A DNA stretch of 64,000 nt from Octopus sinensis (taxonomy: Eukaryota): positions 17,050,001 to 17,114,000 of the forward strand of contig NC_043020.1 of NCBI RefSeq assembly GCF_006345805.1, read 5' to 3'. Shown in pieces: positions 49,790 through 63,715 of the stretch (position 1 is the first letter of the stretch; each line of letters begins with the position of its first letter). The notes beneath the pieces were generated by a model that searched no databases, was not told the origin of the DNA, and worked only from the letters and a program-made list of their open reading frames with translations. The translations under genes and the position numbers were made by a program.

Positions 49790-52700
49790 ATCATCATCAT
49801 CATCATCGTCATTTCAATATTCACTTTCCCATGCTTGCAGAGGTTAGACAGAATTTGAGATACACATCCTTGGTTTGATGCCCTTCGTGTAGCCCACTCT
49901 CAGCTGTTTCCAAGCAAAGTCATATTTGACATGCTCTCAAAGAAATATTGGAAATGGACAATATTGCTTTTATGAGGGTCATTCTCCTTTACAACAGTGG
50001 TATAATGCCAAGGCAAGGAAATGCAAATACACAAACACATAAGTTCCTTTCAGTTTCTGCCTATCATATCCACACACAAGGCTTTGGTTGTCTTGGGTCT
50101 ACAACAGAAGGTACTTAACCATGGTGCCTCACAATGGGATTGAATCTTAAAATATATATATATGCACAGGATGGCTGTAAAGATAAGAAGTTTGCTTCCT
50201 AACCATATGGTTTAGGGAGCAATCTCATAGCGACTTAAGAATTTAGCTTGTTTTTAACATATTTTTCTTTGTCCAAATTCATGTCACTAGGCCAGACTGA
50301 GTTATTTCTCTTAGCTTAATTCTGTTTTACTTAAGTACATGTGCATGTGTGTGTATACACACACATCACAAAAGTTTTGCCTTTGGCTGTTCATGACTGT
50401 CCACTCAACCCAGCATATTGAAGTCTGTATCAGATAATGATTGCACTATGTAAAATATATTTGTATATACTTTGCAACACTTATATATATATGTGCACTG
50501 TATATCTAGGTTGTACTGTTTTAATATTCACGTTTCCATTCTTGCTTCGGTCAGATGGAATTTGTTGAAGCAGATTTTCTATAGATAGATGCCCGTTTCT
50601 ACCAACAGCTACCGGTTTCTAAGCAAGATGATATTTCCCAAGGGTCTGACATGCTAATTTTGTGGTGGATTGAAAACAAATGACACTGATTGTAAAGTGA
50701 CGTTTGTTTACAACTGTTGCGCATTGTCAATCTGCTTTCATACTTGCATGGGTCAGCGAGAGTTTATCGAGGCAGATGTTCTATGGCTGGATGCCCTTCC
50801 TGTTGTCAACCCTTACCTGTTTCCAAGCAAGGTTATATCTCTCCATGGCTACACCTGTTTTTGCAGAATACTGAAACTGAAAACTGAATGACACTCATTT
50901 ACAACAATCACAGTCAACTCCCACCCCTCCACGTATAAAAGGCCACTTTCAGTTTCCATCTACCAAATCCACTCTCAAGGCTTTGGTCAGCCTGGGACTT
51001 GCCCAAGGTATCACACAGTGGCCCTAAACCTGAAAGGAAAATTTGTTAACCTTACAACCATGCCTGCTCCTATACATACATACAAGCATACATGTGATGG
51101 GCTTTCAGTTTCCATTTATCAAACCACATTCAAGGCTTTGGTCAGTTCAGGGCTATAGTACAAGATACTTTTTTTAATGCTAGATGCATTTCCTGTTGTG
51201 AGCCCTTACAGGTTTTGCAATATTTCTACCTAACTGGATATTGTTTTCACATAGGATTAGAAACAAACAGTTGTTTGTGTGGTATTGCACTCACAACTAT
51301 TGTGCAATGTCTGAAGACACACACATATATATTACAGGTTTCCTTCAGTTTCCATCTACCAAATCTGCTTACAAGGCTTTGGTTGGTCCAGGGGCTATAG
51401 TAAAAGGTACTTGATGTAGTATAACACAGTGGGACTAAACATGAAACCATGTGCTTGGGAAGCAAACTTAACAACAGACATAACTATGCCTATAGTGCCT
51501 ATAGATGTTATCATCACTTTCAATGTAGGCATGGGTTGGACAAGATGTATTGAAGCAATATCTTATACCCTGATACCCTTTCTATTGCCAGTGCTTACTT
51601 TTTTTTTTAAGGAATGCAATTTCATTCCACTAACCAGGACATTTCTTAAATATGTCATAACTATAACATAACCAGTCCAAATGTTGTCAACGTGAAGATC
51701 ACAAAAATAAACACTTATGTCCACACATAAACACATGTACATCTGTGTGTATGTGTACATGTCTGTATATATATAATACACAACTGATTTCTATGTTATT
51801 TGTATTTATCATTGTCAATTACAAGACATTGGTTTGCTCAAGGCTAATGTAAAAGGTTCTTGGACCACATCCCAAGTGTGTCTCCTCATCTTGACATCAA
51901 GTGATGGTTGTGTCACCATCATCAAAACAGTGTTCTTTGTTTCCAGTGTTCCAAAACACATCTGGTCAAGGATGAATATTATTGAATATCACCTTACTTG
52001 GAAAGAGGTGAGGGTTGGCGACAGGTAGGGAATCTGGCCATAGAAAATCCATCCAACAATTCCATCTGACCAATGCCAGCATAGAAATGCTGCTGTTGGC
52101 GATATGTATGTATATACATATGTATATATAATTACATTTATACATTTATTTGTTTTATATTATTTTTATTCCCTGTTGCCATGGGTGAGCTGGATGCTCT
52201 TCTTTATTTGTTTTACAAGTAGGAGATCCCTTGGTCTATGCAACTTCAAAGTCACATAGCAGATATGACATATTAAGAAGGGACCTAGCAATGACACCTT
52301 CCCTATTCTGCAACTTCCATCAAAGTGGGCAAGATATAAACCTACACGTGCACACATACACATGCAAATATGCACATAAGATGATCCTTCAGTTTCCATC
52401 TACAAAATCCACTCACAAGTCTTTGGTTGGCCTGTCGCTATAGCCAAAGACGTTTGCTGCGAAGTTGGATTGAACACTGAACCATGTGGTTGGGAACAAA
52501 CTTCTTCATGCCACCTTATAAACATTTGTATAAACCAGTAGTCTTTATGTCTATATATATATACACCCATTACACTCTTGGAGAGGCTGGCATTCAGAAG
52601 GACATCCAGCTGTAGAAACCATGCCAAATCAGATTGGAACCTGGTGCAGCTAACCAGTTTCAGTCAAACTGTCTAACCCATGCCAGCATGGAAAGCAGAT

Positions 52701-53000
52701 GCTAAATGATGCTGATGACATTACATCATCATCATTTAATGTCCATTTTCCAAGCTGGCATGGCTCGCACAATTTGACAGGAACTGGTAAGTCAGAAGAT
52801 TGCGCCAAGCTCTAATGTCTGCTTTGGGATTGTTTCTACAGCTTGATGCCCTTCCTAATGCCAACCTCTTTACAGAGTTTATTGGGTGCTTTCTTTGTGG
52901 CGCCAGTAACGTGCAGGACAGGATCCCTCAACTGGGGGGGGGGTATTGAGGGACAGAAAGTATTAGAAGCGAGGCATAGCTACTTGAGATAGAGGGAGGA
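49790..53000. mobile_element. Cluster of old SINE A and RTE-tail fragments in both orientations in DOT1L intron 1
   Basis: Fragments at ~49790-49905(-), 50040-50150(-), 50510-50620(-), 50745-50830(-), 50945-51070(-), 51340-51490(-), 51880-52090(+), 52385-52520(-), 52575-52718(+), 52725-52905(-). Confidence 0.7.
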
Positions 53001-54017
53001 TAGAAGATGGTGAAGATATGATGGGTGGAGGAGGGGGTCAGTTCCCCACCTCCCACTCCCAAACATTCTCATGTTACAGGGAGGTGTATATAGATAAGTG
53101 AAGCAAGGATTGGAGAGCATGAGTGGGTGGGTGAGTTCAAGAGATTGTGAAAGGAGGGGGGAGGGTAAGTTGGGGTCAGCTGTAATGATTGGGTACTGCC
53201 TAGAGAGGGGTGGGTGGTGATATTAAGAAATGTTGGGAATGAATTGTGTACAGGTAGGTACGTGAGTGAGGATGGAGTGGAGTGAGGGGGGGTCTCATGA
53301 GATGAATTTCACTGTTCATGGTCCCCCTTTCCATACATATGTATATATATGCATGTGTATATGTATGTATATATACCTGTGTTAGTGTGTGAATGTATAA
53401 GAATCTATAATTTTTTTTTTCATAGGCAGATGAAAAAAATAATACAAAAATATATACTCGTATTCTGTTTTTCTATCAAGCCTATATGCATTTAAGTATA
53501 TGAATATATATATTTGTATGTGTGTATATATACCGTATACGAGAAAGTAGCCATTATACTATATATATATGTGTGTGTATGAGTATGTATGTATTTACAT
53601 GTACATCTATTAAGTACTACAGATTATATCAGTAGGTATAGGTTACATGTATGTATAGTTTGTATATGTATAGGGTCTTGGGCTCTGAAGATACGCCATA
53701 AAGTTAAACCCTTTGTGGACCAGAAACCCACTGTAACCCCATAAACCGGGTTTCACCAAGAGAAAAAAGAATGTGTGTGTGAGCGTGTGTTTTCTGTACA
53801 TTGCAATATATACACACGTGCATGTATAGATATGACTCTATAGCATATAAATTCTGACTGTTGGATGCCGTATACCAGGCGTATTAATTGCTATGGCAAT
53901 GGCAAGTCCGAGGTTCTACGTTTCTGAGGAAATGTGTTGCTTACAGCATGGCCGCAGCTCAATTGTTGAAATTAGTAGAACAGGGAATTAAGATATTTTA
54001 CCTATATATATATATAC

Positions 54018-54117
54018 ACATTCAACAATATAAGGAATGGCCATATAGGACATTCGACTCACTAGAAAGAGCAGCCAAAGCTCGTCCTATATGGCCATTC
54101 CTTATATTGTTGAATGT
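54018..54117. repeat. Perfect 34-bp inverted repeat with 32-nt spacer (MITE-like hairpin)
   Basis: acattcaacaatataaggaatggccatataggac / gtcctatatggccattccttatattgttgaatgt. Confidence 0.9.
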
Positions 54118-54208
54118 ATATTATATAGTCTTTGACTATTTTTTCTTTCTCACTAGGCCGCTGGTAGCGGAGAATTTTTTCTAGAATTTTTTTGCTACCC
54201 TATATATA

Positions 54209-54259
<51 letters not shown>

Positions 54260-55029
54260 TTAGGAATAATATTCCCTCAAATAATTATATATATGTGTGT
54301 GTATAATATATATAATGTAAGTATGTGTGTGTGGAAATACATAAGTACATGCACACACACGTATACACGTGTGCTTAATGTTAGTGGGTGTGAAGGTGAT
54401 GCGCGCACCCGTGCATGCATATGTGTGCATATATATGTGTGTGTTTGTATTTATATGTATATTTATATACACATTGTATGTGTGTTTTTTTTTATATACA
54501 CACTATGTTGAATACACGTAGTTTCTGTGAGAACAGATACCAATAATTCTACTGTAAATTAGGAATAGTACATAAATTACACACACACACACACACGTCT
54601 TCTTGGTTACGTGCATACATACTTGCGTATATGATGCGTGTATGCACGTATAAAATATTCAGATTGATCGATTCAGATATTAGGTATTAATTACTATGGC
54701 AATGTATGTATGTGTGTGTTTGCAAGATAATCCGGTTGTGTGTATATAAATAATATCTACGTATAGCAAGTGTAGTTTCTGCACATCCCCTGTATACGCT
54801 CGTCTCTCAAATGTATGTATAAACGCTGTGCGTTTGTGAGTGGGTGTGTATACACGCAGTATGCATAGCGTCTGTGCATACTTATGTACAATAGAAATGC
54901 GTGTGTGTGTGTGTGTGTGTGGCAAATAATCAATAAAGCTGAAAAATTGAGGAATACTAGGTAGTTTACCCTATTTTTAGTGTTAGATACTTTGTGACCA
55001 GTTCGTGCATGCAAGCAAGTGTATGTGTG

Positions 55030-55065
<36 letters not shown>

Positions 55066-55146
55066 TATATATGTATGTTTGTGTGTGTATATATATATAT
55101 GTATGTTTGTGTGTGTATATATATATATATGTATGTTGTGTGTGTG

Positions 55147-55177
<31 letters not shown>

Positions 55178-55301
55178 AGGTATATATGATGTTGTGTGTT
55201 TATGAATATTTTTTATTTTAATTATTTTATTTTATCTAGTTTCAGCTCACGAGCTGTGGCCATGCTAAGGCACCGCATATAATATAATATATAATACATA
55301 C

Positions 55302-55355
<54 letters not shown>

Positions 55356-55566
55356 TATATTATAAGCGCATTCACATAGTCGGACTATATTTTAGTCCAG
55401 TGTACATACAGAAGTATATACCCCTTTGTATGTATGGTTCGAATTATACATACATAGATATATATAATTATACACACATTCGTTTACATATTTATTGTAT
55501 ATATCTGTGTGTGCATATATGTGTATGCATATATACACACATCCATCCATATGTAATATGTGTGTG

Positions 55567-55605
<39 letters not shown>

Positions 55606-56622
55606 TATATATATATGTGTGTGGTGTGTGTGTTAGTGTACATACACAAACTTATATACTAAGACACTAGCACGTCAACATGCGTTGAACATATTTAAAT
55701 CTTGATAGCTACTTAGCTATCATCCATACATACACACGCACAATTATGTATATGTACGTTTACACACAGGATGTCTTATGCTCTGTCTAAGTGTGTCTGT
55801 TGGCATGTGTGTGTGTGTATAGACGTGTGATCCATATAAGATGTCTGGTTTCAAAATCGCTGCATGGAGGACTTGTTTTTTTTTTTTTTTCAAAAATGGA
55901 GGAGTCTAGAGTCTAGACAACAGCCTATAATAATAATAATAATGATAATAAAAGTTCTCTTTACTCTGCATCAAGGTTGAGATTTGTAAAGGGAAAGAGA
56001 TGAGATGTAACATTCAAACCCTTCTCAAATCTATTAGATAACCTCGAGGGACATGAATAAGCTGCAGCAAGCCGGGATCGAAACCGGTTTGCAGACTTTA
56101 TCCGATAGTGATGGCTTATGGTATAAATTATTTAGTCGACGAGCAACAATAGTATAGAAATGTATAGGAAGGGGTGGTAATGTCTTCTTTTGGTGTTTAA
56201 TCCCTTGTAAGGATCGGCTAAATAGACCTATAACGAAAAGTATTTCAGATATGGGCATCCTGTCTTTAATCTAGACACTCTATATGTCATACTGTCATCT
56301 CATTCAGTCTTAGATGTCAAACTTGTTTAGCAAGGCAGGGTGGTATTTAAAGTTTAATTTGGCTGTGATTTCTAGCTGCTCAACTGACCACATAGAGGCT
56401 CTCGCTTCTCTCTAGGCTTGTATGTGAATGTAGTACATAACACTATTTTTGTATTTATTTGCAGATCATCGCCAGTTGCTTAAAATTCTACTAATTATAT
56501 TTATATATATATATATGTATATTCAAAGGGCAAGACCACTAGGTAGTCAGCCGTGTGCTAGAAATAGATCATCAACGATTTAAATTGATATTGATTGGAT
56601 TAATATTAAATTTATCTCCCTC

Positions 56623-56654
<32 letters not shown>

Positions 56655-56995
56655 ATACATACACACGCTCATGCATACACACACACACACACACTAGATC
56701 AGTGCTTATTTAGACGACAATATTGCAGCAAAGATTCCCTGTATGCGTACGCACTCGCGCGCGCATGCATGCTCCACAATGTCCACGCATACACACGAAG
56801 CACCTGCACACAAGGAGGAAGATGTACATAGTGGCACGCCGCACGGAGATGTGTACACAAGGCATACACGACCATATTCAGTGGCCTATTACACTCAACC
56901 CCGCACGAATGTATATATACGGATGTATTGTTTGCATTCCACGTCAAGCCAAAACACCTACACATTTGCACGCATTGTATGTATGTAGGTGTGTG

Positions 56996-57051
<56 letters not shown>

Positions 57052-57257
57052 CACACCACTCACACGTACATTCATACACACAACAATATTGAGACCGTTT
57101 TGAACAAAGGTCTTCCTAGCTCTAAACTGGTCATATTCCATATATATATATATATATGTGTGTGTGTGTAATATATATATATACGTGTGTATGTATAATA
57201 TATGTATATATATATATATATTTGTGTGTAATAAATATATATATACGTGTGTATGTA

Positions 57258-57299
<42 letters not shown>

Positions 57300-57329
57300 A
57301 TGTGTAATAAATATGTGTGTGTGTAATAA

Positions 57330-57361
<32 letters not shown>

Positions 57362-57995
57362 AATAAATATATATATATATGTGTGTGTAATAAATATATA
57401 TATACGTGTGTATGTATAATACATGTATGTATATATATATATATGTGTGTGTGTGTAATAAATATATATACGTGTGTGTGTGAGTGTATAATATATAATT
57501 GTATATATACACACGCATGTGTGTGTGGGTATGCGTATATGTGTGTAGGTCTGTTTTTGGTTACAAAAGAGAAAAAAGTACACGATATATATATATATAT
57601 ATACTAGTAACGTTTATATATTTATTGAAATACTTATTATATTTCATTTCATAAAACACACACGTATAGTGGCACGCCAGTTCCCGTATACACAGGCGTC
57701 ACTCAGCTACAGTGACTCCTCTCTAGACATGCTTAAGCTAACCCCGTCTGCAACACACTTGTGTAAATTCACCTCTGCAAACGTACACATTGATCTGTAC
57801 ATACGTACACTAGAGACAATGAAGGAGTTTTGTGTGTGTGTGTTTGTGTACGCAATGTCTCTGTCACTAGTGTGTGTTTAACGTCGGTCAATAAATGTCT
57901 GCTTTATGTCAATAAAAATGTGTGTGTATGTGTCTGTGAGTTTATCAACTGATATCTATCTATCTTATATATGTTTCTACACATCAATATTTCAG

Positions 57996-58036
57996 GATGG
58001 CAGAGATGGAGCTTTGGAGGTTACAGACACCATTAG
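57996..58036 (+). CDS. DOT1L: DOT1L coding exon 2 (41 nt, phase 0 to 2): DGRDGALEVTDTI(R)
   Basis: atatttcag acceptor, AG/GTAAGT donor; continues the frame and matches recalled DKHHDAAHEIIETIR. Confidence 0.88.
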
Positions 58037-59095
58037 GTAAGTCTCAAATACACATACGCACTCACACACGCACGCACTAGTGAGTGAATCGATCTCTCTT
58101 CGACTCGTTCTCACTCTGCCCACCTCCCTCACTCACTCTCTCACACACACTCACTCTCTTTCTAACACCCACTCTCTTTTACTAACCAGATGGCTTTCTT
58201 TCTCCCACCCCCGTCTCTCTCTTTCTCTAATACTTATCTTTCACTATTCTCTCTCTCGCTCTCTGTTCGCCCCCTCCCACTCTAATATTATGCCTTACTC
58301 TCATGTCTCCCCTTTTTTTCCTCAGCTCCTGATTCCTTCATTGTCTTTTTTTTTGCTTATCACTAAACCCTCGGCGTCTGCTGTTCTCAATCTTTCGCTT
58401 TCTCCCTCAACCTCCCCCTTCTCTCTCTCCCTCTTTCTTTCTCTCTCTCTCCCTCTTTCTTCCTCTCTCTCTCTCTCTCCCTCCCTCTCTCTCTTTGAAC
58501 CTTCCTTCTATATTACGTTACGTTCCCTTCCCACCTCCTCCTCTTTCTCTCGTCTTTTTATCTGTCTGCCTATCTAACTCTGTTGCTATGCCTCTCTTAC
58601 TATGTCACTGTCGCTTGTTTAACACTCTTTCACTTTAACACCATTACTCCCCCCGCCTCTCTCTCTCTCTGTCTATACACCCCCCACCGCTTATGTCTTC
58701 TACTATCGCTATTACCGTCTCGATTTCCATCATTCCTCTATCTTATTTCACAAATAACTAACCACACACACACACAACACACCACCACCATTTTAGATAA
58801 GTTTTTTTTTTTTTTTTATTATACTATCAACTTAGATATAATTTTGTGATTTAATATTTCCAAGAACTGCTTCTCCTACATCGACACTGAGCCCTAATTT
58901 CCTTCCTACGACAGCATGGCTACTATATTTTTTGTTGGTTATTGGATGAGGGATGTGATGATGATGATGATAATGATAGTTGGATTCCAGATCACCAGTT
59001 ACATCTTTATAGGGATTATTTCCATTATCATTTTTTTCTTCTTCTTCTTGTACACACTTATATACACTCACAAATATATATATATATTATATATA

Positions 59096-59126
<31 letters not shown>

Positions 59127-59255
59127 GTCCTGTAGAAGCTCCTTCTATAAAATAAATTAATTTACTCTGCTATGTATTGAGTACCTTATTTACTGTGGTT
59201 AACCCCGACTCAACCCGGGACCTACATATATATATATATATTATATATTATATAG

Positions 59256-59287
<32 letters not shown>

Positions 59288-59549
59288 GTTCACAGATGAG
59301 ATCCAGAGATTCTCCGTGTAAGAAGACAGTAGTGTTCAAAAGATTCAAACTTGGACCCTGATGTCTCGACAGGGGATTATTCCACAAGGTAAAGAAAGGC
59401 TATAAGAGGGATCAAGTTGAGCAGGTGTAGAGGCAATTAATTATGTGGATAAACAAATTAGACGCATCAAATATATTATTAGTTTGTGAATGAAGTTCAA
59501 AATATGTATATCTGTATACATGCAACACGAGAGTAAGCAATATATATAC

Positions 59550-59581
<32 letters not shown>

Positions 59582-59584
59582 ATT

Positions 59585-59967
59585 CTTGTGTTTGTTTCAG
59601 TCATTTGACTGCGGCCATGCTGGAGCACTGCCTTGAAGCGTTTTTGTCGAACAGTTCGATCTCAGGACTTATTTTAAAGCCTAGTACTTATTCTATCGGT
59701 CAATTTGTCGAATCGCTAAGTTACGGGGGACATAAACACACCAATACCAGTTGTCTAGCGATGACGGGTGACAAACGCAAAGACATATACACATACATAC
59801 ACACGCACACACGATGAGCTTCTTTCAGTTTCCGTCTACCAAATACACTCTCAAGGCTTTGGTTGGTTCAAGGCTATAGCAGAAGACACCTACACAAGAT
59901 GCCACGCAGTGGGAATGAACCTGCAACCATGTGGTTGGAAAGCAAGTTTCTTACCACACAGCCATGC

Positions 59968-59970
<3 letters not shown>
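59585..59970 (-). mobile_element. SINE A
   Basis: Family match. Confidence 0.85.
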
Positions 59971-60003
<33 letters not shown>

Positions 60004-60364
60004 CCACAGTGATGCTCCTGAATGAATGCAGTCACGTGGCTGAAACAAATAGAAGAATATATAAACACATACATATATATATTTGTGTGTATGTATGTGT
60101 ATATATATGCATGTGTCTCATTGCCTTGGCATAAGCATGGTAATTGTGAATGAATCTTACTGTTATAGTGTCATTCATTTCCTGTGTTCTGCAAACACAT
60201 GAGGTCATGAGGAAATATGTTGCTTGGTGACAAGTTGATACAGGAAGGACATCTGGATATAGAAAATCTGCCTCAAATAAACTTCATCTCACCCATGCAA
60301 GCATTATAAAGTGGACGTAAAATGATGACAATGATATGTTCGCTTGTGCTATCTACTGTCTTAA

Positions 60365-60577
60365 CCCTTTAGCATTTAAACCGGCCATATCCGGCCAAAA
60401 GTATTCTGCCTGTTTTATGTTCAAACTGGCCATATCTGGTCTCTCACACCAACCCTACAATATCATCTTAAAAATTAACAGCTACCTCATCAAAATCTCA
60501 AGATAAGGCATGATTAGTTCAAAACAATGTGGATAAAAAAGGATTAATTTTGGCAGAATAATGCGAACACTAAAGGG
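60365..60577 (+). mobile_element. piggyBac-type MITE (213 bp), same family as 40346-40543
   Basis: TTAA TSD, CCCTTTAG...CTAAAGGG. Confidence 0.9.
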
Positions 60578-60702
60578 TTAAATAATGGTTTTCTTTCTGA
60601 TTAGAATTTTAGTGTGTATGTATGAAGCACATGGCATGAGTGAGTATTCAGTAGGTATTAAATAAATTGTCCAAAGGCCTTTTCCCTAAGAGACCATCAC
60701 TA

Positions 60703-62110
60703 TTCAATGGTGCATCCTCAGATTTAGAAATACAGTTTTCTTCAAGTCTAACTAACATGCCCATCCCCAAAGGGGTGTGCTGGACAGCACTGCCCCCTCA
60801 CAGTGATTCAATGGTGCACCCTCAGATTTAGAGAATACAGTTTACAAAAATCTTCCTGCAAAACATTTCCTGGAGTCTGACTAACAAGCCCATCCTCAGG
60901 GTGTGCACTGGACAGCACTGCCCCCTCATGATTCAATGGTGCACCTTCAGATTTAAAGAATACAGTTTACAAAAATCTTCCTGCAATACATTTCCTGAAG
61001 TCTGACTAACATGCCCATCCTAAGGGTGTGCGCTGGACATCACTGCCCCCTCAGTGATTCAATGGTGAACCCTCAGATTTAAAGAATACAGTTTACAAAA
61101 ATCTTCCTGCAATACATTTCCTAAAGTCTGACTAAGAAACCCATCCTAAGGGTGTGCTGGACAGCAGTGCCCCCTCACAGTGATTCAATGGTGAACCCTC
61201 AGATTTAAAGAATACAGTTTACAAAAATCTTCCTGCAATACATTTCCTGAAGTCTGACTAAGAAACCCATCCTAAGGTGTGCTGGACAGCAGTGCCCCTC
61301 ATGATTCAATGGTGCACCCTCAGATTTAGAGAATACAGTTTACAAAAATCTTCCTGCAAAACATTTCCTGGAGTCTGACTAACAAGCCCATCCTCAGGGT
61401 GTGCACTGGACAGCACTGCCCCCTCATGATTCAATGGTGAACCCTCAGATTTAAAGAATACAGTTTACAAAAATCTTCCTGCAATACATTTCCTAAAGTC
61501 TGACTAAGAAACCCATCCTAAGGGTGTGCTGGACAGCAGTGCCCCCTCACAGTGATTCAATGGTGCACCCTCAGATTTAAAGAATACAGTTTACAAAAAT
61601 CTTCCTGCAATACATTTCCTGAAGTCTGACTAAGAAACCCATCCTAAGGTGTGCTGGACAGCAGTGCCCCCTCATGATTCAATGGTGCACCCTCAGATTT
61701 AGAGAATACAGTTTACAAAAATCTTCCTGCAAAACATTTCCTGGAGTCTGACTAACAAGCCCATCCTCAGGGTGTGCACTGGACAGCACTGCCCCCTCAT
61801 GATTCAATGGTGCACCCTCAGATTTAAAGAATACAGTTTACAAAAATCTTCCTGCAATACATTTCCTAAAGTCTGACTAAGAAACCCATCCTAAGGGTGT
61901 GCTGGACAGCAGTGCCCCCTCACAGTGATTCAATGGTGAACCCTCAGATTTAAAGAATACAGTTTACAAAAATCTTCCTGCAATACATTTCCTGAAGTCT
62001 GACTAAGAAACCCATCCTAAGGGTGTGCTGGACAGCAGTGCCCCCTCATGATTCAATGGTGCACCCTCAGATTTAGAGAATACAGTTTACAAAAATCTTC
62101 CTGCAATACA
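60703..62110. repeat. Minisatellite, ~11.5 copies of 121-126 bp, with 3-mer higher-order structure
   Basis: Unit starts 60805, 60930, 61056, 61182, 61303, 61428, 61554, 61676, 61801, 61927, 62050. Confidence 0.95.
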
Positions 62111-62604
62111 AATTAATTTCCACGCAATATTCTGAAGTACCCCCAGGCACCAAAGCCTGGCAGTGGCTTACACACACACACACACACACACACACGTGTC
62201 TATGTATGTACGTGTTTGCATGTGTGTAGGAAGTGGGATACTGAGGGAGTCTAAGATGCATTACGTGAAATACTACAGACTGTTGATGAAGAAAGTATGT
62301 GCTCCTTCTGGTGTTTCTTGCAATCAGATATGTCAAACTAAAGCAATAGCTGACCAATTTTGATATGGTCTGTGTCCTTCAATATTCCATGAAAGGGTGA
62401 TGCTCAGGAGTGGGAACACAACTAGAAAGTCACCCTCTTCTGCCATGCTCTGCTTCATTTTGCAACCAAGTCAGACTATTGATATAAACTGCAATTCCAA
62501 AGAACAAGCTGGATTTTGCAAAGGGTGAGGAATGCACAATTAGTTAGCAAACCTCTGTTGGTATCAACATTGTGCCAATCAACACTGAATTGATTCGTAG
62601 CCTC

Positions 62605-62992
62605 TCTCTCTTTTACTCTTTTACTTGTTTCAGCCATTTGACTGCAGCCATGCTGGAGCACCGCCTTTAGTCGAGCAAATCGACCCCAGGACTTATTCTT
62701 TGTAAGCCTTGTGCTTATTCTATCGGTCTCTTTTGTCGAACTGCTAAGTTACGGGGACGTAAACACAGCAGCATCAGTTGTCAAGCGATGGTGGGGGGAC
62801 AAACACAGACATACACACATACATATATATACATATATATGACAGGCTTCTTTCAGTTTCCATCTACCAAAATCCACTCACAAGGCTTTGGTTGACCCGA
62901 GGCTATAGTAGAAGACACTTGCCAAAAGTACCACGCAGTGGGACTGAACCCAGAACCATGTGGTTGGTAAGCAAGCTACTTACCACACAGCC
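62605..62992 (-). mobile_element. SINE A
   Basis: Family match. Confidence 0.9.
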
Positions 62993-63467
62993 TGAATATG
63001 TTAAGACACCACCTACTTGTGAAAAGCAAGGGGTTCTTTCGCTCTGTGTAAATTACTTCAGTGAAACAGCCAGTCTATGCTTGAACATTACTAGACAAGA
63101 TGACAAAGGTAATAGTAATGGGGTCTAATGAGCACACTGTGGTTTTGAGTCAATGGCTAGGTAATTGAGCTGGTTGAAAAATTCAAATAAATGGTGTCTA
63201 TGTCACAGCAACAAAGAAATCTGTCACAGGCTGGGTGTGGGCTGCTCAGTGACGAGCAACCTGATCTAAGTGTAGAAAGATCACAGTGTGTCCCACAGTA
63301 TGAAGATGTGGCTGGTGAAATCACTGGTCTTCTCAGTGGCTCCGTATGGCTGCAGGGTGTAACTGCTAAATGTTGAGCAACGGCTGCAAGTTGTATTATT
63401 GATGCTGCATCTGTAAATTCTGTATACACCATGCAAGACTAATGCATGTGTTCTCGACCATGTGGAC

Positions 63468-63715
63468 CAGTGGTTCTCAGCTGGGGTCCACATGACCCTT
63501 GGAGGTTCATATAAGATTGGTGGTGGTGGTGGTGGGGGCAAATAAGGAAAATAGTAAATAGGGTCCACAGTATTATCCTAAGGGTCCATGAAAAAAATTT
63601 TGCTTCAGATGTATTTATTGCAAGAAACAGTCAAGTTGCTTCCTCAAATATTTTACAGAGTTCAATGTATGCAAATGAATGTGTGATGAACAAAATAGGA
63701 ATTTTTAAAGAAGTA
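63468..63715 (+). mobile_element. Probable hAT (Charlie-like) 5' terminal fragment
   Basis: CAGTGGTTCTCA terminus followed by ggggtcc repeats. Confidence 0.45.

Noticed and set aside
52930-53300. G-rich tract as a functional G-quadruplex
   Set aside because: Irregular G-runs adjoining a retroelement fragment; nothing beyond composition supports function
60703-62110. Possible CRISPR array or coding repeat
   Set aside because: The whole unit is repeated with no unique spacers and no long ORF
63191-63376. 61-aa ORF as DOT1L exon 3
   Set aside because: No WVCE motif in any frame and no suitable acceptor; exon 3 is presumably beyond the window
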